41,918 bases of DNA from a virus. The notes under the pieces were generated by a model. That model had not been told where the DNA came from, searched no databases, and saw nothing but the letters and a program-made list of their open reading frames with translations. The stretch is taken from the IMG/VR virus record IMGVR_UViG_3300045988_017465; one strand, given 5' to 3'. The translations under genes and the position numbers were made by a program. Below are positions 13,239 to 19,391 of the stretch, in pieces (position 1 is the first letter of the stretch; each line of letters opens with the position of its first letter).

Positions 13239-13457
13239 TTAGCCCTCCTTTGTCGGTGCTGGGTGGCTGTGACCAAGGCACAGGCCGGACAGGCAGCCGT
13301 CCATAAGATTTTTGACCATATCCGCTTTGCTATCGGTCAGGCCTTCCACGTCCTTCACCAAGCCACAATAATCCCGTAGCTCGGTGATGCTGAGTTTTGC
13401 CAGATCGATTTTCCCGATGTGGTCAATCAGATTGGCTTTGATCTCTGCAATGCCCAT
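13239..13457 (-). CDS. Hypothetical protein E (72 aa)
   Basis: ATG at 13457 follows AAGGAGGTCGGTAAA. Sequence: MGIAEIKANLIDHIGKIDLAKLSITELRDYCGLVKDVEGLTDSKADMVKNLMDGCLSGLCLGHSHPAPTKEG. The track ORF (13239..13709) is over-extended into the upstream gene. Confidence 0.65.
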   Translation of the reverse strand: MGIAEIKANLIDHIGKIDLAKLSITELRDYCGLVKDVEGLTDSKADMVKNLMDGCLSGLCLGHSHPAPTKEG

Positions 13458-13470
13458 TTTACCGACCTCC

Positions 13471-14265
13471 TTATGCCACGTTCCCGCAGCCGCAGCCGTA
13501 GCCGTTACCGCAGCAGTTGGGGTTCGGAACGACATAAGCCGGTCTTGCAGGGGGATTGTAATAGGCGAACTGATTTTCGACGTAGCCCTTAATGGTAAGG
13601 TTCTGGGCATTCTGGCTCGCCGCCAACTGTGCCATGAAAAGCTGCTGATTCTGGTCAGCAATTTTCTGGTCTTTCGCCGCCAACTCCTGTGCAGTAAGCC
13701 GCTGGTCAATGGAGCGGAAGCCGCAGTTCATAGCGTCGATGATATCCCTGGTGGTGTTCTGGACGGTGTTCCGGGTTTCGCAACTCTGGGTCGCCATGTT
13801 GTAGTTTACACCCTGGATTGCCTCCCGGTTCTCGCAGCAGCACTGCTGCTGTGCCATCTGCATCTGGAAAAGCTGCTGCATCAAAGCCGCCTGCTGGTTG
13901 CACCGGGACAGCTCCGCCGCCTGGAAACCATTGCTGAGATTCTGGTTCACGTTTGCAAACCCATTCAGCATACCGGTGTTCATGGCATAGAAGCCATCGC
14001 AAACGCCGTTGTTTACGCTGTCGATTTTTCGCTCAATGTTGGAAAAATCGGAAGCGAGGACATAGCCATCCACAACGCCAGCACCGTTTCCACCGCCGAA
14101 GCCGCCGCCCCAGCCGTTGCCGCCCCAACCGAACATGCCGAAGATCAAGAAAACGATGATCCACGTTGCCCAGTCGCCGCCCCAGCCCATGCCGTTATTG
14201 TAGCCGCTACCGCCCTCGGTGCAAGCCCTGATATCGGCAGGGGAGAGATCATTAGAAATACTCAT
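13471..14265 (-). CDS. Hypothetical protein D: Gly/Trp-rich membrane segment, Q/N-rich Cys-containing core, coiled coil, Cys-Gly tail
   Basis: 264 aa. SD TAAGGAGG. Segments: GGSGYNNGMGWGGDWATWIIVFLIFGMFGWGGNGWGGGFGGGNGAG; QQCCCENREAIQGVNYNMATQSCETRN; AKDQKIADQNQQLFMAQLAASQNAQN; C-terminus NPNCCGNGYGCGCGNVA. Confidence 0.8.
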   Translation of the reverse strand: MSISNDLSPADIRACTEGGSGYNNGMGWGGDWATWIIVFLIFGMFGWGGNGWGGGFGGGNGAGVVDGYVLASDFSNIERKIDSVNNGVCDGFYAMNTGMLNGFANVNQNLSNGFQAAELSRCNQQAALMQQLFQMQMAQQQCCCENREAIQGVNYNMATQSCETRNTVQNTTRDIIDAMNCGFRSIDQRLTAQELAAKDQKIADQNQQLFMAQLAASQNAQNLTIKGYVENQFAYYNPPARPAYVVPNPNCCGNGYGCGCGNVA

Positions 14266-14295
14266 GTTTTTTGTTTTCCTCCTTATAAGAAAAAT

Positions 14296-14322
14296 ATTAT
14301 AACAGCGGTTTTACCGCCTGTT
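14296..14322 (-). promoter_or_regulatory. Hairpin plus TATAAT between genes C and D (possible internal attenuator or promoter)
   Basis: Minus sense: GTAACA, 17 nt, TATAAT (14301..14296). The spacer contains the hairpin AACAGGCGGT-AAA-ACCGCTGTT (14301..14322), which overlaps the stop of gene C and is followed by ATATTTTTCTT. Confidence 0.3.
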
Positions 14323-14520
14323 ACCGAAACCAAACATCCCACGGAACTGATCAAATTGTCCTTGCATTTGCTGTGCCATTTGCTGTGCTTGGTTAAGCTG
14401 CTGCTGACTGACCCGTCCGCTCTGCATCAACTGGTTAAGCATCTGCTGCGGATTCTGCCCCTGCATTTGCCGCATAAATTGCGGGAACTGCGTCATCATC
14501 TGCATAGGATTAGGCATCAT
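14311..14520 (-). CDS. Hypothetical protein C, Gln/Met-rich (69 aa)
   Basis: MMPNPMQMMTQFPQFMRQMQGQNPQQMLNQLMQSGRVSQQQLNQAQQMAQQMQGQFDQFRGMFGFGNRR. By my count 21 Q and 12 M. SD GGAGGGAAAG. It overlaps gene B by 11 nt. Confidence 0.7.
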   Translation of the reverse strand: MMPNPMQMMTQFPQFMRQMQGQNPQQMLNQLMQSGRVSQQQLNQAQQMAQQMQGQFDQFRGMFGFGNRR

Positions 14521-14917
14521 TGTACTTTCCCTCCGTCATCTGTTTAATTTTTTCTTCCACAGCGGAAAGCCGCTGCTCAAATTCCGAACTTACCGCTTCC
14601 TTGCCTGTGCTGGTATCCCGAATCTTGTATTCGTAGGCAACAATCGGCATAGGCCGCCCGTTCATGTCGGCTCGTTTTTCGTAAAACACCGGCTTATTGC
14701 TGTCCCAGAGCCGGACAAAGCCATTGGCCGCTACCAAAAACGCCTCTGCTGCTGATTCCGACGCAACCCAAATCCGGTCATCCTGTGGGCTTTGCGGTGG
14801 TGCGGCGTTCTGCCCTATGGGCATCTGCTGGGCAGGCGGCTGCATCTGCGGGAAATAGTTCTGCGGATAGTACCCGCCGGGTTGATAGATTGGCTGCATA
14901 TACGGATTTGCCATCAT
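14510..14917 (-). CDS. Hypothetical protein B: P/Q/Y-rich N-terminus plus a globular C-terminal domain
   Basis: 135 aa. N-terminus MMANPYMQPIYQPGGYYPQNYFPQMQPPAQQMPIGQNAAPPQSPQ, then IWVASESAAEAFLVAANGFVRLWDSNKPVFYEKRADMNGRPMPIVAYEY. ATGA overlap with gene A. Confidence 0.75.
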   Translation of the reverse strand: MMANPYMQPIYQPGGYYPQNYFPQMQPPAQQMPIGQNAAPPQSPQDDRIWVASESAAEAFLVAANGFVRLWDSNKPVFYEKRADMNGRPMPIVAYEYKIRDTSTGKEAVSSEFEQRLSAVEEKIKQMTEGKYNDA

Positions 14918-15300
14918 TCACGCCTCCAAAAATAGATTGGGTTTTCGTCCATCGAATTCCAGGTGTCATACAATACGCCGTCAATCACGGTGACAACGTG
15001 GTTTTTCAGGGCAACGACATAGGTTCCAGTCGGGTACTCCTGGATAAAATCACCCACGGTGTAGCAGTCCGGACATTCTGCCGGAATCGATGCCCGGCGA
15101 AAGCCATGTTTCCGGAGGACTGCACCCCATACGTTGTTTGCACTGGGCATATCACATTGTGATATGCCTTCGATTGCTAGCATGACATATGCCTGATACC
15201 AGTCAATATCTAACGCCTTCGCAATCGCTCTTACAGCACAATCGCCGACTTTCGCCGTCCGGGGGTTCGGGTTGAAACTTCGAAAAATGCCCATAGGCAT
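14914..15300 (-). CDS. Hypothetical protein A, papain-fold cysteine-peptidase-like (inferred)
   Basis: ATG at 15300 follows AAAGGGG. 128 aa. Candidate catalytic residues are Cys in VGDCAVRAIAKAL, His in KNHVVTVIDG and Asp in YDTW. The track N-terminal extension runs through the terminator hairpin. Confidence 0.65.
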   Translation of the reverse strand: MPMGIFRSFNPNPRTAKVGDCAVRAIAKALDIDWYQAYVMLAIEGISQCDMPSANNVWGAVLRKHGFRRASIPAECPDCYTVGDFIQEYPTGTYVVALKNHVVTVIDGVLYDTWNSMDENPIYFWRRE

Positions 15301-15324
15301 CGCCCCTTTCTGCTTATAGCATAG

Positions 15325-15364
15325 CAAAAAACCAGGCGAACGAATCATCATCGTTTCGCCTGGT
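15325..15364 (-). terminator. Intrinsic terminator between the sigma-like gene and the low-complexity operon
   Basis: Minus sense: ACCAGGCGAAACGA-TGATGAT-TCGTTCGCCTGGT, a 13-bp stem with one bulge, followed by TTTTTT. It starts 28 nt after the stop at 15392. Confidence 0.7.
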
Positions 15365-15391
15365 TTTCGTCAGAAAATCGTCACTTTTTCG

Positions 15392-15628
15392 TCAAATAAT
15401 CAGGTCGTCCGGGAGCGTGGCACTGTACTTCTTGACTGCATCATATTTCCGCTGCAATCGTCGCACGACCCTGGTTATTGTGGCTTGGGACACACTGTAT
15501 TTTTGTGATTGCCAGTATTGGCAGTGCCCGGCGGCACGGGTGGTTAAGACATCCTTTTCCAGCGGCGTAAGACACGCCAGCCTGTCAAACTCGTCAATGA
15601 CCACCCGATTTAACCCGGGCTTGTCCAC
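15392..15628 (-). CDS. Small sigma-70 region 4 / LuxR-type HTH regulator
   Basis: 78 aa with a GTG start. LTPLEKDVLTTRAAGHCQYWQSQKYSVSQATITRVVRRLQRKY resembles LTPREREVL...S..EIA..L.IS..TV....I..KL. Confidence 0.5.
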   Translation of the reverse strand: MDKPGLNRVVIDEFDRLACLTPLEKDVLTTRAAGHCQYWQSQKYSVSQATITRVVRRLQRKYDAVKKYSATLPDDLII

Positions 15629-15636
15629 CTACCGCA

Positions 15637-15894
15637 TCAATCCTTTCTGGGGGTAATGTAATTCTGCGCCTGCTTGCTATCGGAGATACCGGCGGTGGTA
15701 GGATCATTGACCACACCCAGGATCACCAGCACACCAAAGACGGCGTTGACCACGGCAATCAGCCGGTTTCCGATGTCGCCAACATCCAGGGTGTAGCCGA
15801 ACACGGCGGCCACGGTCTGGATCAGCAGCAGCACAGCGGGAATCACCGCCAGCCAGAAGTTTTTGTTTTTGAATCGTACAGTCCAGTTAATCAT
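15637..15894 (-). CDS. Holin (phi LC3-type family)
   Basis: ATG at 15894 follows AAGGAGGAAAATAAA. MINWTVRFKNKNFWLAVIPAVLLLIQTVAAVFGYTLDVGDIGNRLIAVVNAVFGVLVILGVVNDPTTAGISDS is the characteristic pattern. The track ORF is over-extended. Confidence 0.8.
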   Translation of the reverse strand: MINWTVRFKNKNFWLAVIPAVLLLIQTVAAVFGYTLDVGDIGNRLIAVVNAVFGVLVILGVVNDPTTAGISDSKQAQNYITPRKD

Positions 15895-15914
15895 TTTATT
15901 TTCCTCCTTAAATT

Positions 15915-16220
15915 TTAGCCCAGCCCAAGCCGGGCAAGAATAAACCCTACGACAGCGGCTACGACGATGTATATGACCCTTTCTACCACAGACTTCCACC
16001 GTTTGCCGGGCTCGGATTTCAGCTCCTGCACGTCCGCGCATAGGCCGTCAACCTTCTCCCCGGTGGTTTCCACACGTTCTGCCATCACCGCAACAGACGT
16101 TGCTAGCGTGTTCACCGCTTCCGTGTGCCGTTCCAGCGCTTCCAGCCGGTGGGAGTTGGATTTGCTCCGCTGCTCTATAGCGGAAATCCACTTAGTGATC
16201 TCAGCTTCTTCCATTGGCAT
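15915..16220 (-). CDS. XhlA-like lysis-associated membrane protein
   Basis: 101 aa. Coiled coil (WISAIEQRSKSNSHRLEALERHTEAV...) plus a C-terminal transmembrane helix VIYIVVAAVVGFILARLGL. It lies between the endolysin and the holin. Confidence 0.65.
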   Translation of the reverse strand: MPMEEAEITKWISAIEQRSKSNSHRLEALERHTEAVNTLATSVAVMAERVETTGEKVDGLCADVQELKSEPGKRWKSVVERVIYIVVAAVVGFILARLGLG

Positions 16221-16229
16221 ACTCCCTTC

Positions 16230-16853
16230 TCAGCCTTGCCACCGGCTGTATTTGCCGTTATCAATATGTACACCCCATTCGTAGCGGCCTAAACCGCCCC
16301 GTCCGGGCATCTTTTCTGCCTGTACCTGCTCGGCGATTTCCTGCAACCTGGCGACGGGAATGTTCCCGCCGATGGGAGCCAGGTCAATGGCCTGTCCGGT
16401 CAGATGCAAGCTGTTCCACACGCCACCCACGTTGGGGTCGGCATTGTGCTGCTTGCAGCGCACACCGGAATTCACCTTCAGGGGGACCCCAGCCCGGCGG
16501 CGGATTTCGTCCGCCATCCGCACAGTTTCCTCCACCGGTTCCGCCGGGAATCCGTTGCAATATTTGCCGCCGCACTGACAGCGGAATTCTGCCCGCCGGA
16601 AGTACTGGATATCGTCCCAGAAAGTCCCCGTCTCGGCGTTTTCCACCTTAGCAGGCGTGTACATTCTCCCCGCCGCAACCGCCGCCAGAAGGGCGGTCTG
16701 GGTCTCCTGACCTGGGTCTCCGTCTACGTTCAGCCCTTCCGCCGCTTGAAAAAGCATCACGGCCTGCCGGGTCTGACTGCCGGTGATCCCATCCGGTGCG
16801 CCCACCGGGTAGCCCAGGTAGGCCAGTAAGCATTGCACCTGCAAAACGTTCAC
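16230..16853 (-). CDS. Endolysin: PG_binding_1 domain plus peptidase M15A-like domain
   Basis: GTG start follows GGAGGTG. N-terminus VQCLLAYLGYPVGAPDGITGSQTRQAVMLFQAAEGLNVDGDPGQET is a peptidoglycan-binding repeat. C-terminus FRRAEFRCQCGG...VNSGVRCKQHN...SLHLTGQAIDL...WGVHID resembles the zinc D,D-peptidase family. Confidence 0.8.
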   Translation of the reverse strand: MNVLQVQCLLAYLGYPVGAPDGITGSQTRQAVMLFQAAEGLNVDGDPGQETQTALLAAVAAGRMYTPAKVENAETGTFWDDIQYFRRAEFRCQCGGKYCNGFPAEPVEETVRMADEIRRRAGVPLKVNSGVRCKQHNADPNVGGVWNSLHLTGQAIDLAPIGGNIPVARLQEIAEQVQAEKMPGRGGLGRYEWGVHIDNGKYSRWQG

Positions 16854-16864
16854 CCGACCACCTC

Positions 16865-17080
16865 CTATCCGGCTGTGGCTTCCGCATCAAGCGAATCTAA
16901 CGCATCGTAGTACGCCTGCGCCAGAGTTTCCACCTCTGCAATGTCGTCCTCGGTCAGCAGGCCGCTGTCCAGATGGGTGTATGCCTTGTCCAGCCAATAT
17001 GCCACGTCACGTCCAGCGGCGATCTCCCGCTTGATTGAGCGCAGTGTCAGGTCGTGTCTGGCTTTGCTCTTGATTGCCAT
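16865..17080 (-). CDS. Hypothetical protein
   Basis: 71 aa. SD AAGGAGG. It lies between the tail fibre and the endolysin. Confidence 0.6.
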   Translation of the reverse strand: MAIKSKARHDLTLRSIKREIAAGRDVAYWLDKAYTHLDSGLLTEDDIAEVETLAQAYYDALDSLDAEATAG

Positions 17081-17093
17081 ACGGATACCTCCT

Positions 17094-18677
17094 TTAGGTT
17101 GCGGTCATGGATGCAATGGCATCCTCAAGATTTTTGATTACCATGTTTACGTCTCTTTGATAGCTCAGTTTTAACCCTGCGCCGTCACTGGCCTGCACCA
17201 CAGTGTCAGGGGCGTAAGCGGTGAGGGCTTTGTAGGCGGCGAGTTCGGTAGCGGTGAGCGGGGTTTCGATGGGGGTGGCGAGGCCGTAGAATAAAATGTA
17301 TTCTCCTTCTTCTGGGTTTTTGGCGTCAATGGGAATAAAAATCTGTACATTGGTTTTGTCTACATAAAAGTGCGGGGTATCTTTGTTAAACGAAACAAGA
17401 AATGGCGATTTATTGCATAGGGCTTCTGTTTTGTAATCGCGACCAAGTATTGGCAACCGAATCGAAAGTCGTTTTGTTACCGCAAACTTAGCGATATCCG
17501 TAACGTTACAGGTTGACAAGTCTATAGCGTTCACCATCTGAACCTTCACCCCTCTCCCCAAGTCCACCTCATCGCACATCCACCGTTGTCCGTTTTCGTC
17601 CGTGTAGTTGCCGCCAGAGACGACAGGGATGCCTGGTAAGCCGTTGGGAGTGGGGAGCGTGATAGTTTGCGTTTTTCCGTTCCCATCGTTCAATGTTACC
17701 GTCACGCTCCCGCCGTCACCAGTGCTCTCGATCGGCACAGGGCTGTCCGGAGTCGGTGTGCCGTCCTGCGCACTTTTGCCGTACACGGTCAGTCCGCACA
17801 GCGGCGCAGAGAAAGTATCGTCAACGGAGATAGGGTTGCCTGTCTCAGTGCCCACAAGGACATTCTGTCGGGCTTTATCTGCCGCATTAATGTTAGACCG
17901 GGCTTGCTCCTGCTGGGAATCAGTAAGGTTCTGCTCGGTGTACAGCACTGCCGTTTCCGCCGCTTTCTGGGCTTTCTGGGCGGCAGCTTGGGCGGCCGTT
18001 GCGTTTTTCTGTGCGTCTTCTGCGGCTTTCTTGGCTGCTGCCGCTGCCGCATCGGCGGCGGTGGTGTCACCGGCGGGGCCAACTGGGCCAGTCAACCCCC
18101 GGGGGCCAGTTTGGCCTACCTCGCCCCGGTCTCCCTTGTCGCCCTTGTCACCTTTTTCCCCTCGGAAGTCCCCGGAAGCAATTCCGTCTTCCAACTTTTT
18201 CAGGGACTTGGCGGCATTTTCAGCGGATATTCCCGCCTGGGTGGCGCTGGCTTCCGAACTCCGGGCGGCTTCCGTGGCACTTGCCGCCGCATCCTTCGCC
18301 GCCTGGGCATCCGCAGCCACGGCCTGGGTGTAGGGCTTCAGTGGCTCGTCGGGTACAGCTCCGGGGGTAGTCAGTGCCCGGATGGTGTTGGTCTGGTAGG
18401 TAACGGATTTGACGACCGCACCGTCTGCGCCCAACCATTGCAGTTCGGCCTGACCCCGTCCGGGATAGGCCGTATCCGTGGATGATACCACCCAGACAAT
18501 ACCGCCGTCGGCCTCCACTGCCGGAACAGGGTATGGCTTCTGGTCATTCGCCCGCTGATGCAGCAGCAGGATACTCCCCACGCCAGCCCGGATATTGGGC
18601 AGCGTCACCCGTACAGCCTGGTTTTCACCCTCTTTGCCTAGAGCAATGACACCAGCGTTAGGCACTACATCAATCAT
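17094..18677 (-). CDS. Tail fibre / receptor-binding protein with a collagen-like G-X-Y stretch and an Ala-rich coiled coil
   Basis: ATG at 18677 follows AAAAGGAGGAAG. GEKGDKGDKGDRGEVGQTGPRGLTGPVGPAGD maps to about 18065..18170. The N-terminus VPNAGVIALGKEGENQAVRVTLP is BppU-like. Confidence 0.8.
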   Translation of the reverse strand: MIDVVPNAGVIALGKEGENQAVRVTLPNIRAGVGSILLLHQRANDQKPYPVPAVEADGGIVWVVSSTDTAYPGRGQAELQWLGADGAVVKSVTYQTNTIRALTTPGAVPDEPLKPYTQAVAADAQAAKDAAASATEAARSSEASATQAGISAENAAKSLKKLEDGIASGDFRGEKGDKGDKGDRGEVGQTGPRGLTGPVGPAGDTTAADAAAAAAKKAAEDAQKNATAAQAAAQKAQKAAETAVLYTEQNLTDSQQEQARSNINAADKARQNVLVGTETGNPISVDDTFSAPLCGLTVYGKSAQDGTPTPDSPVPIESTGDGGSVTVTLNDGNGKTQTITLPTPNGLPGIPVVSGGNYTDENGQRWMCDEVDLGRGVKVQMVNAIDLSTCNVTDIAKFAVTKRLSIRLPILGRDYKTEALCNKSPFLVSFNKDTPHFYVDKTNVQIFIPIDAKNPEEGEYILFYGLATPIETPLTATELAAYKALTAYAPDTVVQASDGAGLKLSYQRDVNMVIKNLEDAIASMTAT

Positions 18678-18787
18678 CGGTATACTTCCTCCTTTTCCAG
18701 CATCAATCCGATAAACCCGATGGCCAGCCCCACCAGCATAGGCAGGGCTAGAACCATCAACCACAGCAGCTTAGCCAGCGTTCTCAT
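18674..18787 (-). CDS. 37-aa transmembrane micro-protein (not in the ORF track)
   Basis: Own translation: MRTLAKLLWLMVLALPMLVGLAIGFIGLMLEKEEVYR. ATGA overlaps at both ends, with the 18784 stop and the 18677 start. Confidence 0.5.
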   Translation of the reverse strand: MRTLAKLLWLMVLALPMLVGLAIGFIGLMLEKEEVYR

Positions 18788-18966
18788 CTGATTACCACCC
18801 CATACTTCGCCAGGATGTCAATGATATCATCGGTAAGTATCTTTTTCAGCTGGCCGGGAGGCAACTTGGCAATAGCTGCCGCAATGGCTCTCATATCCTG
18901 CTCTCCGTCCTCGGCAGCATGAATTTCTACTAACCGCTTTCTTGCTCCATTACTCCACCGGTTCAT
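18784..18966 (-). CDS. Hypothetical protein
   Basis: 60 aa. SD GAGGTGAAA. Confidence 0.6.
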   Translation of the reverse strand: MNRWSNGARKRLVEIHAAEDGEQDMRAIAAAIAKLPPGQLKKILTDDIIDILAKYGVVIR

Positions 18967-19072
18967 CAGGTTTCACCTCCAAAATGGTCAATGCATTTTT
19001 CATGTCTTCGCCCTCGGCCTTCATTTCTGCAATCTTTGCAAGAATTCGCTCTTTCCGCTCTTCTATGGTCAT
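18950..19072 (-). CDS. 40-aa micro-protein (not in the ORF track)
   Basis: Own translation: MTIEERKERILAKIAEMKAEGEDMKNALTILEVKPDEPVE. ATGA overlap with the upstream stop. Confidence 0.45.
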   Translation of the reverse strand: MTIEERKERILAKIAEMKAEGEDMKNALTILEVKPDEPVE

Positions 19073-19389
19073 GTGTTCACCCCCAGCGCAGCTTCAATTT
19101 CGGATAATGCGGCCTCATACTCGGCATTTTGTGCTGTCAGGTTTTCCAGCTGTTCCTGCTCGTAGGCTCTCTGGGCACTATCCAGCTCCCGCCAGGGCTT
19201 CCAGGGTGAAACCATTTCGCCCTGGAAAACTACGCCGTCCGGACGTGTCCAGGTCTGTCCTGCGGGCACAAAGCGGTATCCTTCGATGTAGGCCGGACAT
19301 TTGCCGTCAAAGTAGTTCGTATCAACTGCTGTCAGGCCGTCAGCGGTTGCGGCATGGCACTTGTAATCAGCATCAATGTAGATCGTCAT
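19069..19389 (-). CDS. Tail-fibre-associated small protein (XkdW-like pattern)
   Basis: ATG at 19389 follows GGAGGTGTGACC. MTIYIDADYKCHAATADGLTAVDTNYFDGKCPAYIEGYRFVPAGQTWTRPDGVVFQGEMVSPWKPW is a pattern I recall from fibre clusters in Firmicutes phages. Confidence 0.6.
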   Translation of the reverse strand: MTIYIDADYKCHAATADGLTAVDTNYFDGKCPAYIEGYRFVPAGQTWTRPDGVVFQGEMVSPWKPWRELDSAQRAYEQEQLENLTAQNAEYEAALSEIEAALGVNT

Positions 19390-19391
19390 GG

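Noticed and set aside
13384-14547. Long plus-strand ORF (387 aa), together with similar ones at 4612..5571, 23106..23999, 26075..27121, 26995..27891, 28308..29348, 32550..33674 and 35013..35891
   Set aside because: These are shadow ORFs antisense to well-supported minus-strand genes. They have no SDs and low-complexity Arg/Pro/Leu-rich translations, and they overlap recognisable capsid, portal, tape measure and terminase genes.
13471-15300. Bacteriocin or double-glycine-leader reading: protein A as a C39 leader peptidase and protein D (MSISNDLSPADIRACTEGG|S...) as its precursor
   Set aside because: The hydrophobic and acidic positions before the GG are shifted by one relative to the double-glycine leader consensus. 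D is 264 aa with a transmembrane segment, which is far from a typical class II peptide. No ABC exporter or immunity gene is present. It is kept only as a low-probability alternative.
15637-16041. The 134-aa version of the holin ORF, and similarly extended track ORFs at 3614..3886, 3768..4268, 13239..13709, 14914..15351, 17094..18764, 19392..20390 and 29258..29956
   Set aside because: The N-terminal extensions overlap upstream genes or terminator hairpins and are Arg/Gly/Pro-rich. Internal ATG, GTG or TTG starts with strong SDs give products that begin exactly where the family-typical sequences begin.
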